Below, one piece after another: positions 56,343 to 64,000 of a stretch of DNA of 64,000 nt (within the stretch, counting starts at the first letter, position 1; every line of letters starts with the position of its first letter). Below the pieces are notes generated by a model. It was not told the origin of the DNA, made no database searches, and saw only the letters and a program-made list of their open reading frames with translations. The position numbers and the translations under genes were made by a program. The stretch lies in the IMG/VR virus record IMGVR_UViG_3300047469_000103, positions 160,001 to 224,000 of that record. One strand, given 5' to 3'. This DNA comes from a virus. Its lineage: Duplodnaviria > Caudoviricetes.

Positions 56343-56987
56343 TTATTTCTGAATGTCGGTGGAAGACAGTTGACGCCATACAGCGGTGCCATTGCCGGTT
56401 GCAACCAGAGTCGCGCCAATTACAGGCGACGGGCTATCACCGATGGTTACTGTAGAGCTTTTTGTTTTCAACTGATTTGCAGGTTTTTCTGCGTGCGTGT
56501 GTTCGGTAGGAACACGATCATCAGTCAGACGCGAATCGCCTTCGCCTACAGCAATTGGTTTTGCGCCGTCTTTTGGAGCAACGGACAAGCGCGCAATGCC
56601 GAGAACGGAAGTGCTGGCCGGTGGAATCGGATTCGTTTGATTCAGAAGCGCGGCGTCTTCGTCATCGTAGAATTGATCCTCGTTAAATTGCAGCATTGTG
56701 TCGATTACTTCCCACGTGTGATTCGTACCGGCGCTAACATCCGGGTCTTTCGAAACACGACGGCGAGCGGCTTTGTAATAAGCGCTCAGCGGATTGAAAT
56801 CGAACCAAACAACATTGAGTGGCAGAATTTCGCTGAATGGTTCACGCAGCGCGCAAACCACGGTTTGAACCCGGCGCACGGTGCTGTTCGAAATGCGCGT
56901 GGTAATCGGGTTGGTTTCGTCCATGTTCTGAATGTCCGACAGGACAAGCAGAGAATCACGGATATTTTCGAGTTGTTTCTCAGCCAT
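56343..56987 (-). CDS. Short fibre-like protein; paralog of the N-terminus of 54009-56333
   Basis: ASTSVLGIARLS, GDSRLTDDRVPTEHTH. Confidence 0.7.
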   Translation of the reverse strand: MAEKQLENIRDSLLVLSDIQNMDETNPITTRISNSTVRRVQTVVCALREPFSEILPLNVVWFDFNPLSAYYKAARRRVSKDPDVSAGTNHTWEVIDTMLQFNEDQFYDDEDAALLNQTNPIPPASTSVLGIARLSVAPKDGAKPIAVGEGDSRLTDDRVPTEHTHAEKPANQLKTKSSTVTIGDSPSPVIGATLVATGNGTAVWRQLSSTDIQK

Positions 56988-56992
56988 TTTAA

Positions 56993-58633
56993 TTAAGCCT
57001 CGGTAAAGGTCATGGAAGAACCGAAATTGCGAATGTCAGCAGTCAGGGAAGCACGGCTGGCTGGAATTTCCGGGTCGATTACGAAATCAATCGCCATATC
57101 GTTATTCGCGATTACTTCGGCGGTGTTGTTTCGTTCGTCACAGATGGTTTCCCAATCGTTGATACCGCGACCACGTTTCACTTTCGCCGCTTCAGCGTCT
57201 ACGATGCTTTTCAGTTGATCCCGTTCGTATTTATCGTTCGGGTTGAAAACAGACGGCAGGAACGCTTTACGAATCAGCGTTTTCACACCGTTAACCAGAC
57301 GACGCACGTTGACGTATTGGAAACCGGATTCGAAGTTTTGCAGTGTGAGTTGTTCGAAAATCACAAAGCCACGTTTCGGAATACGGCGGATGTAGTTAAT
57401 CTGCGATTGTTGCAGCGCGTTACGCTCTTGCAGATTGTATTTCCGGTTCAGGTTGGTGACTTTCAACTGACCACGGTTAATACCAGCCGGTGCCCAGTAG
57501 TACGCCTTCACGCGGTCGGTGTACGCATAAGCTGCGGCAACCAAACCAGACGGCGGACACATGAATTTACGACCGGAAACGTCATCGGTGATTTCCACAA
57601 ACGGGCCATACAGCGCGCCGTAAGAATTGGAAATGTTCAGAATGTTTCGGCGGTAATTAACAGCCTTCGAAACTTCTTCGAATTCTGTAGGCAGGTCAAC
57701 AATTGCCATTGCGTCACCGCGCTTTTCAGCGACGGAAACCATGTGCTGCTGAATATACGGCGAAGTGTAACCACCGTTAATCAGAATTTGCACCGCGTAA
57801 TCGTCGGTATTGTCGATGCCATCCCACGAGGAAATGATATCGGAATCTACGCAACGATTGCCATCCGCGCCACCGTCGAGGGTTTCGAAAGTAGAAGTGC
57901 GAATATCAATCAGCGGGCAAAGTGGGTTGTTTTTCACTTTGATGAATTTCGAGTTGCCGTTAATGCGCGACTCGACAAACATTTGCTGTTGCATGCCATC
58001 GAGTTCTGCGGTTCGGCTGCACAGATAGGATTCCAGCGGAATCGAACCGTTGCCTTTGTAATCTTTGAAAACTTCGACGTAGAAATGTTTCGGGTTGCTG
58101 AATTCCCCGACAGATGTACCTTGCTGGTTTGCTGGACGCACGCGAACAGAAATGCTGCTCGACCATGCACCCGGCGAAGTGGCACAGAAAAACATCAGAA
58201 CGTTTTCAACGCCCGGTGTGCCAACGGTAAAACCGATTTCGTTAATTGGATTGCCGAGAACACCTTTTGGAGTGTTATCGCCATTGTCGAAATTCACCAG
58301 TTTCAAAACCGGCTCCATTGCCGCATTATCGTCCACGGACAAATAAGCGCCAGCGGTCAATGCAGTTTTTACGTCAACTGCACGTTTGATGTACATGCGT
58401 GATTCGGTGAGAAACTGCTCAGCACAGTGCATGCCGAAGCCGAATTTCGCAAAGTTTTTAATACCGAATTTGGTTTTCAAGTCCTGTTTATCAGTGACCA
58501 GTGTCCATTCTTCGGTGCTACCCATTTGCGATTCGACCACCATTGCACCAATGGAGCTAATCACCGTACCGCCGCGCTGGCTCAGGTCGTTATCCTGATC
58601 GTAAACGCCAGCACTCGTATTAGGAAATGCCAT
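56993..58633 (-). CDS. Tail sheath protein 2
   Basis: YWAPAGINRG, SQINYI, VNVRRL, FNPND; start refined to MAFPNTSAGVY. Confidence 0.88.
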   Translation of the reverse strand: MAFPNTSAGVYDQDNDLSQRGGTVISSIGAMVVESQMGSTEEWTLVTDKQDLKTKFGIKNFAKFGFGMHCAEQFLTESRMYIKRAVDVKTALTAGAYLSVDDNAAMEPVLKLVNFDNGDNTPKGVLGNPINEIGFTVGTPGVENVLMFFCATSPGAWSSSISVRVRPANQQGTSVGEFSNPKHFYVEVFKDYKGNGSIPLESYLCSRTAELDGMQQQMFVESRINGNSKFIKVKNNPLCPLIDIRTSTFETLDGGADGNRCVDSDIISSWDGIDNTDDYAVQILINGGYTSPYIQQHMVSVAEKRGDAMAIVDLPTEFEEVSKAVNYRRNILNISNSYGALYGPFVEITDDVSGRKFMCPPSGLVAAAYAYTDRVKAYYWAPAGINRGQLKVTNLNRKYNLQERNALQQSQINYIRRIPKRGFVIFEQLTLQNFESGFQYVNVRRLVNGVKTLIRKAFLPSVFNPNDKYERDQLKSIVDAEAAKVKRGRGINDWETICDERNNTAEVIANNDMAIDFVIDPEIPASRASLTADIRNFGSSMTFTEA

Positions 58634-58710
58634 GAAAAGAACCCCTTGTATGGTTGGTATACGGGAATATGAGAGAGCAAATCCCAAAAGAAATGCCATT
58701 CCACTATATT

Positions 58711-58717
58711 TAAATTA
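58711..58717 (-). promoter_or_regulatory. Candidate late promoter TAATTTA
   Basis: Just after the terminator, upstream of sheath 2. Confidence 0.55.
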
Positions 58718-58749
58718 CGCAAAGGGGTTTTAAGCTTTTTTCAGGCAAT

Positions 58750-58774
58750 AAAAAAGGGGCCGCAATGGCCCCTT
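58750..58774 (-). terminator. Intrinsic terminator
   Basis: GGGGCC/GGCCCC plus T-run. Confidence 0.8.
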
Positions 58775-58790
58775 CTATTTGACACTTTTA

Positions 58791-59543
58791 TTAATCGTCA
58801 AAGCAATCCGAATCATCATTGTCAGGATGAATCGTGCTTAGGTAATACTTGAATGCGCGGATTGCCAATTCGGTATCGCCCCGTTTCCAAGCTTTAATCG
58901 CGGGCATATACGGACGCGCATTCAAATAGCGCATGTGATGTTTGATTTGATTGTGCCGTTCGCTAACGAATTTCCACAACCAATAAGTAATCCTTTTCGG
59001 TTCACCGCGAATCAGGAATACACGAACGAAACAGAAAACTAATGCTTCCATGTTTTCGTCTTCCATGTGTTCCGTTGATTCATGGAAACATTCGAGAATT
59101 TGTTTCTTTTGTTCGGCAGAGAAACGCATAATCTTGTCAGGGTGTGAAGCCTGTTTAATCATGCGGTAAAGAGTTTTGATTGGGATTTCATCTTCCTTTT
59201 CATCACTCTTTTTCGATTCAACCCCATCAAAGGTAATCGTATCGTCGTCGCCTGTGAATTCATCCTCGATACCGGGGAAAGAAGTATCAACGTCGTATTC
59301 GTCCGCGATTGCCAAAGGTTGGTCAACGACCATTAAACCTTTTGCAATTCTATTCACGGCTTTCATGTCGCGAGTTTCTTCGTCGTCCGCGTCAACGTCT
59401 TCGTGTTCGCCGGTATGTCCGCCCATTGCATAATTGCATTCAGCGGAAAGCCAGCTATAACCCGTTTCAATTGTCACGATCAATTGTTTCAACGTTTTAT
59501 CATCACGCCGAATTTCTTCGATATCGTCGAGGGTGATATTCAT
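58791..59543 (-). CDS. J-domain-like (HPD) protein
   Basis: IKTLYRMIKQASHPDK...CFHE helix-HPD-helix. Confidence 0.65.
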   Translation of the reverse strand: MNITLDDIEEIRRDDKTLKQLIVTIETGYSWLSAECNYAMGGHTGEHEDVDADDEETRDMKAVNRIAKGLMVVDQPLAIADEYDVDTSFPGIEDEFTGDDDTITFDGVESKKSDEKEDEIPIKTLYRMIKQASHPDKIMRFSAEQKKQILECFHESTEHMEDENMEALVFCFVRVFLIRGEPKRITYWLWKFVSERHNQIKHHMRYLNARPYMPAIKAWKRGDTELAIRAFKYYLSTIHPDNDDSDCFDD

Positions 59544-60313
59544 AGAATACTCATTAAGTCCTGTTTGTCACTGCGCTTGCTGTTTAAGAACAAAGCAAAC
59601 TGCATAGTCATTCGAATCTTTTCCGCGAAGAACGTAACCGGGTCAGCCCCGTTAACTACAACGATGCGCGGAATGTGGTCATACTTCTCCAATAAGTCTC
59701 TGACTTTTTCAATCTTTTGCGGAGTGGAATCTGGCCCGACATTCGCAATGATTAACATGGAGATATTTCGTCTTACTTTTTCGTCACGCAAATCATCCTG
59801 ATAACCGCCCATGACTCGGTGCCAAACCGGCAGCAGTCGGCCTTTGTGTGAACCACTGCGCTGCTGTTCAATTGCCGAATCCATGAAACTCATTGCCAGA
59901 AACTTTGCGCGATCATCCGTTGCCATTGAACCGATTCCAATAATAGGCGAACCGTGCAAAGGATTTGTCAGCATTCGGTGACAAGTATCAATCTGCCTTT
60001 TCACACTTGTTTTCGGCAAGTGATAATCTTCAGGCAACCATTTCGGAACAAATGGCGTAATGGAAACCAGTGCATCGTCAAGCAGAAACGGACTGCGCAT
60101 GACTTGCAAAGCGCTACCATCAACGCCTTGGTTTTTTAATGTCTTTACGCGATCCGAATCAAAGCGGAATTTCAAGTGAGGTGCTGGAATGCGAAGGACA
60201 GGTGCAAATGTCTTCTTCGATTTTTTCATCCCGGCGACAGGTTCCACTTTCTTTTTAGTGCCCTTGAGTTTTGTCACCGGTTCCGTTTTCTTTATCGTCT
60301 TTAACTCTTTCAA
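59540..60313 (-). CDS. DnaC/IstB-like protein with degenerate P-loop (start uncertain)
   Basis: Alternating alpha/beta core, MLIIANVG strand, near the helicase; Walker A not recognisable. Confidence 0.4.
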   Translation of the reverse strand: MKELKTIKKTEPVTKLKGTKKKVEPVAGMKKSKKTFAPVLRIPAPHLKFRFDSDRVKTLKNQGVDGSALQVMRSPFLLDDALVSITPFVPKWLPEDYHLPKTSVKRQIDTCHRMLTNPLHGSPIIGIGSMATDDRAKFLAMSFMDSAIEQQRSGSHKGRLLPVWHRVMGGYQDDLRDEKVRRNISMLIIANVGPDSTPQKIEKVRDLLEKYDHIPRIVVVNGADPVTFFAEKIRMTMQFALFLNSKRSDKQDLMSIL

Positions 60314-60974
60314 GGTCTGGACTCTCGGAAGGGTGGGTTTGATACTTCTTTACAGTATTCGAAGTGCCGAATATACGTTCGTTGCATTGCTCGTAATACA
60401 ACGCCGTCTCTGCGGGCGTCAGGCTTTCCAACGTGACGACTTCACCGGTAACAGGGTGATGGATATTAGGCAAGAAAAACTCTTGTGTTTCCTGCTTCGA
60501 CAATTGCTCAAGAAGCATGCGCCCGTAGGGATTATCCGGCATATCAATAATCTGCTGCGAAAGCGTTTTCACTCGGTTTTCAATGTACGCCGTGATTTCA
60601 TGTTCGGGTCGCAGGAACAGCGGAAGTATGTGCGCTTCGTCAATCATTTCCTGATCGAAAAAACCACCGGGCGGCATAGAGCAACCACGACTGAATTTAG
60701 GTGGCATCATTTCTTCAGTGATTTTCCAGTCGTGCCCAATCGGTGGGCGTTTACGCACGAATTCTTCTTCGTCGTTTTCTGCACACACTTCCACGCCCGG
60801 TTCGAAATAGGCACGGTTGTAAAGTTTGCGCCCGGTATTAAAAATGACTTCACGTTCGTATTCAAGGGGAGCGCCAATCACAATAGCCTGTCCCATGAAT
60901 TCGTAATTAACGTGCGTGACGTATTCGCCGGGAACCATCGGGTGGCCGAGGTCAAATGGTTTATCGGAAGACAT
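60255..60974 (-). CDS. Hypothetical protein
   Basis: 239 aa. Confidence 0.7.
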   Translation of the reverse strand: MSSDKPFDLGHPMVPGEYVTHVNYEFMGQAIVIGAPLEYEREVIFNTGRKLYNRAYFEPGVEVCAENDEEEFVRKRPPIGHDWKITEEMMPPKFSRGCSMPPGGFFDQEMIDEAHILPLFLRPEHEITAYIENRVKTLSQQIIDMPDNPYGRMLLEQLSKQETQEFFLPNIHHPVTGEVVTLESLTPAETALYYEQCNERIFGTSNTVKKYQTHPSESPDLERVKDDKENGTGDKTQGH

Positions 60975-61323
60975 TTAGCAATTCCTTTTCCGCTTCGAAT
61001 TCTTCACGCGTAGGCATTTGCGCCACTTGCGTTTCGTAAGACGTGCCGTCCGAATATTCCACAATGCGCATGATTAATTGGCCGTCGTAATCGTATCGCA
61101 GGCCAGTGACAATTCGTCCGTAATCATGCGTGACGATAACGTGGCATTCACCATTTGAACACCAGCGGATTTCTTCGCCCGCTTTCAGCTTTGGAACTGA
61201 GGTTAGGCCGGACGCGTGAATGCCGACTTTCTTGGACGTTGCAGCGCATTGCAAATAATCCACTTCGCGCATTTCAACGCCGTTCGAAGTGCGGACTGCC
61301 ATAGTGCGAGGAAACTGATTCAT
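60961..61323 (-). CDS. Hypothetical protein
   Basis: AAGGA SD. Confidence 0.7.
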   Translation of the reverse strand: MNQFPRTMAVRTSNGVEMREVDYLQCAATSKKVGIHASGLTSVPKLKAGEEIRWCSNGECHVIVTHDYGRIVTGLRYDYDGQLIMRIVEYSDGTSYETQVAQMPTREEFEAEKELLNVFR

Positions 61324-61454
61324 TTGAATTCCTTTTTGTGGCGCAGCGCTCGACGTTGGGCGCGATTCAAGACGGGCGGCGGATTATCAGTGTCGTCGCA
61401 TACGCAGCCGAATTCATACCATCCGCATTTTGTGCATTTCTTTTCAGTACCCAT
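61320..61454 (-). CDS. 44-aa Cys-rich protein (MGTEKKCTKC...CVC...NRAQRR)
   Basis: Hand-translated; overlaps both neighbours (ATGA coupling); below the track length cut-off. Confidence 0.65.
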   Translation of the reverse strand: MGTEKKCTKCGWYEFGCVCDDTDNPPPVLNRAQRRALRHKKEFK

Positions 61455-61677
61455 CTGGAGTATCCAGCGGATGTGGAATTTTCAACTCAAGCAAACGGTC
61501 ACGCATTCCCCTGTCGAAATCGCCGTAGTCAATTGCAGGATCGCACAAGTGCCACAGTTCTTTCATGCGGATTTTATCCTCACCGAAATTCGCGTAGGAT
61601 TTGTCCACGTAATCACGCCCAGCCTGTCGAACTTCAGCCGGGGTTTTAATGCCAAGGAGATTGCGTAACCATTGCAT
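61444..61677 (-). CDS. Hypothetical protein
   Basis: 77 aa. Confidence 0.65.
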   Translation of the reverse strand: MQWLRNLLGIKTPAEVRQAGRDYVDKSYANFGEDKIRMKELWHLCDPAIDYGDFDRGMRDRLLELKIPHPLDTPDGY

Positions 61678-61680
61678 GAG

Positions 61681-63375
61681 TTATTTTCCAATACGTTTTT
61701 GTTTACCCTTCTCGAAACTCATTTTCTTTTTCGAGTAACGGTCTTCTTTTGCGTCATTGCGCTTGTTGTGAATCGAAGCAGCGATACCGCCGAACAAGCC
61801 ACCGGTAGGCATACGCGCAATTGCGCTCGTTTCTGTTTCAGCATCGACTTCTTCGTAACTTATGTCACGCTTTACATTTTTCAGCCATTTGCCCATCCGC
61901 TCCAATGCAACCGGCGTCGGCGTGTGGTTAAATTCAACTGCCTGATTCCACGTGTTCGAACAATACTTCAAAGAGGCGTTCGCTTTAGTGTCTACAAAGA
62001 ATCGAATAATCGGCTGACGTTTTGCAGGATCAGGTGTGAGAATACGCGAGCTTTCCTGTTTCCAGTTCGGTTCGTTATTCATCGGCATGACGTAGTAAAG
62101 ACACGACCACGGTTTGATGTTGATACCGCGCTGCAACAGACGACGAATCCCGACAACCACGCGGATTTTACGCTCGCCCGCTTGCTGCTTAATCCAGTCG
62201 CGACGTTCTTTGTTTTTCTTCGGATTGCTACCGCCAGTAAATGCTGCGGCAACCTCATAACCGACACGATCATTAATCCGTTTTACCAGTTCTTCGATGT
62301 GGTCTTTGAAGTGGCACGGAATAACGATGGAATGTCCGGCTTCCAAATCTTTCATAACCCAATCAATAATCAGGTCATTTCGTTTCTTGTGCTTCGCGAG
62401 CATTTTGCCGAGGAACACAAAGCCCGGTTTCCCTTTGAACGCACCTTTCGATTTCACACCCGTATCAACGGCTAGCAATTTCGCTACCATTTGACCACGT
62501 TTGATTTTCGACTTCACTTCACCAATTACAAGCGCGGTGATGATGTGCTTTCCGTCCTTCCGGGTTTCCGTACCAGTGCAACCCATACGCACGCGCATTT
62601 TCATGCTGTTCATTACGTCAGCGAATTCAGGCGCACCGGTGGCCTGTACTTCGTCCACAATTACGGTGCCGAAAACTTTGTTCACCTTCGCCAAGAATTT
62701 CCGACCTTTCGGACTCAGAAAAGACTGGTAGGTGATGATCCCGATTTGAATGTCTTCGAGGTCTTTTGCTGTCTTGATAAATCCGAAAAGTTTCTTCCCG
62801 GTTTTCTTCTCAAGTGCAGGTAGGTTCGTGCTTTCGCGAATGTCCCCAAGGAACTGATTCAGGAAGTCATATTGGTCAGCGATCAACAGGACTTTGTAGC
62901 CCAGTTCGATTGCGATTTTTAACGCGGTCAAAGATTTACCAGAACGCGGCGGAAGCACGAAAAGGCCGTACTTGGCCTTTTTCATTTTCTCCACGGTTTT
63001 CAATTGGTACGAATACCAGTCGCGGTCTTCGCCCAAACTGATTTTAATCTTGTAGTCAAATGGAACGCGGGTTCGCTTATCCACGACGGTGTAATCATCG
63101 AAGTCGATTTTCATCTTTTCTTCGATGTTGTTTCGGTCGCCCATCGGCAGACCGATATATTCGATGTTCCCAAAAACACGCTTGTTAGCAAGTTGGTAAG
63201 AGCCGTTGAAATTCTCACAGCCCTTACACTCAGGCACGGGACGTTTCGGGCGGAAGTCACAGGACTTGCAGCCGAAGTCCGAAAAGAAGTTTTTAAAATA
63301 TTCCTTCTTTACCCGCTTCTCGCTAAGATCAATGCTCGGCACATAGAACTTATCCGATACGATTATTTTTCCCAT
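61681..63375 (-). CDS. SF2 DNA helicase (UvsW-like)
   Basis: PPRSGKS Walker A, DEVQ, TGT, RGINIK motifs; N-terminal Cys cluster. Confidence 0.88.
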   Translation of the reverse strand: MGKIIVSDKFYVPSIDLSEKRVKKEYFKNFFSDFGCKSCDFRPKRPVPECKGCENFNGSYQLANKRVFGNIEYIGLPMGDRNNIEEKMKIDFDDYTVVDKRTRVPFDYKIKISLGEDRDWYSYQLKTVEKMKKAKYGLFVLPPRSGKSLTALKIAIELGYKVLLIADQYDFLNQFLGDIRESTNLPALEKKTGKKLFGFIKTAKDLEDIQIGIITYQSFLSPKGRKFLAKVNKVFGTVIVDEVQATGAPEFADVMNSMKMRVRMGCTGTETRKDGKHIITALVIGEVKSKIKRGQMVAKLLAVDTGVKSKGAFKGKPGFVFLGKMLAKHKKRNDLIIDWVMKDLEAGHSIVIPCHFKDHIEELVKRINDRVGYEVAAAFTGGSNPKKNKERRDWIKQQAGERKIRVVVGIRRLLQRGINIKPWSCLYYVMPMNNEPNWKQESSRILTPDPAKRQPIIRFFVDTKANASLKYCSNTWNQAVEFNHTPTPVALERMGKWLKNVKRDISYEEVDAETETSAIARMPTGGLFGGIAASIHNKRNDAKEDRYSKKKMSFEKGKQKRIGK

Positions 63376-63869
63376 TTTTTCCTGAAGGGCGCTTCCCCGT
63401 AGGTGCTATTGACGTTCGCAATATCCCGTTTGTATTCGATGTTGTACGGTTCAACCACTGGAAAGAATTTCTGGCGATGTTCTGCACACATGCTTTCCGG
63501 TCGGCTCACGTCAATCTGAAGTGGCATCTGCGATTCGACAATGTAATCCAGATATTGATTGGTCAGTTCTGGCGTCCAGTCAATCGGGAAAACCGTCTGC
63601 CAATGGTTCGGCTTGTAGTCGAGCAAGTAACGGAACGTCGCACGTTTCAAACCTTCCAAATCTGCCACGGTAAATACGCAAATCATTCCTACGCGAAACA
63701 GCAAATGGTGTGCGAGAATTCCGATGTGTGATTTGCGATCCGGGTTTGTTTCCAGCCACTGTTGCATGCTCGTGTAATACGTGAAATTTTCCACGTCACC
63801 CAAGACAGCAATAATCGGGATTGGAGGTGTAAACTGGAACGTCGGCAGTGTCTGGTCTACAGGTTCCAT
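63363..63869 (-). CDS. Hypothetical protein
   Basis: 168 aa, coupled. Confidence 0.7.
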   Translation of the reverse strand: MEPVDQTLPTFQFTPPIPIIAVLGDVENFTYYTSMQQWLETNPDRKSHIGILAHHLLFRVGMICVFTVADLEGLKRATFRYLLDYKPNHWQTVFPIDWTPELTNQYLDYIVESQMPLQIDVSRPESMCAEHRQKFFPVVEPYNIEYKRDIANVNSTYGEAPFRKKWEK

Positions 63870-63875
63870 TTACAG

Positions 63876-64000
63876 TTACCCTCTATCCTTGTCGTACCAA
63901 TAGTGGGAGCCAACTTGCGGCGCTGGCGGATTTGCACGTGGCTGACTTTCAGGATAAAGCAACAGGATATTTCGCACGTCGTAAACGTGTTTGTAAATGG
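63876..64000 (-). CDS. 3-prime end of a gene entering from beyond the window
   Basis: Open frame ...YWYDKDRG-TAA ending at 63876. Confidence 0.4.
   Translation of the reverse strand, partial: IYKHVYDVRNILLLYPESQPRANPPAPQVGSHYWYDKDRG

Noticed and set aside
36128-58402. Very long plus-strand ORFs (e.g. 36128-37858, 41617-43992, 53988-56210, 57215-58402; also 1474-3009)
   Set aside because: They are antisense shadows of strongly codon-biased minus-strand genes, with no SD, atypical composition and no motifs.
60229-60313. 59-bp overlap of the 60255 and 59540 genes as a possible recoding site
   Set aside because: No slippery heptamer, and an alternative ATG at 60229 removes the overlap.
61320-61454. 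Apparent startless frame or second frameshift between the 61444 and 60961 genes
   Set aside because: Recounting the A-run shows an ordinary overlapping ATG at 61454 giving a 44-aa gene.
1-64000. Stop-codon reassignment, intron or intein, DGR, CRISPR array, IS element
   Set aside because: Genes are intact under the standard code with tight coupling, and no RT, HNH, transposase or repeat-spacer array was seen.

Overview
A 64-kb segment of a large (jumbo-type) myovirus genome. Essentially every credible gene is on the minus strand, and the long plus-strand ORFs are antisense shadows. 1-27.5 kb is an accessory/early region of mostly small hypothetical genes. It also holds a KTSC plus histone-H1-like protein, an XRE HTH, a stand-alone LytTR protein, a stand-alone VgrG3-like muramidase, a metallophosphoesterase, DUF1353 and dCTP deaminase, with sigma70-like promoters and intrinsic terminators. 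27.5-47.6 kb is the morphogenesis block: baseplate, a tail lysin with muramidase and M15 peptidase domains, two tube-like genes, sheath 1, major capsid, scaffold and prohead protease. 47.6-64 kb holds a GT2-TPR glycosyltransferase, NAD-dependent ligase, Ig-like fibre proteins, a second sheath, a J-domain protein, a DnaC-like protein and an SF2 helicase. The layout resembles what I recall of Lu11/PaBG/Y3-type jumbo phages; this is inference, no search was run. The top finding is a self-contained late unit at 22.9-24.8 kb. It carries a canonical -1 frameshift signal (A_AAA_AAG, 7-nt spacer, long hairpin) that is the only canonical way into a startless 273-codon frame, predicting a 316-aa protein and a 588-aa form with a propeller-like extension. 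Other leads are a TAATTTA late-promoter motif, an operator-like repeat at early promoters, Rsm/Csr-type hairpins, a possible sRNA and a repeated A[TVI]AS maturation motif. No tRNA, rRNA, CRISPR array or mobile element could be supported.
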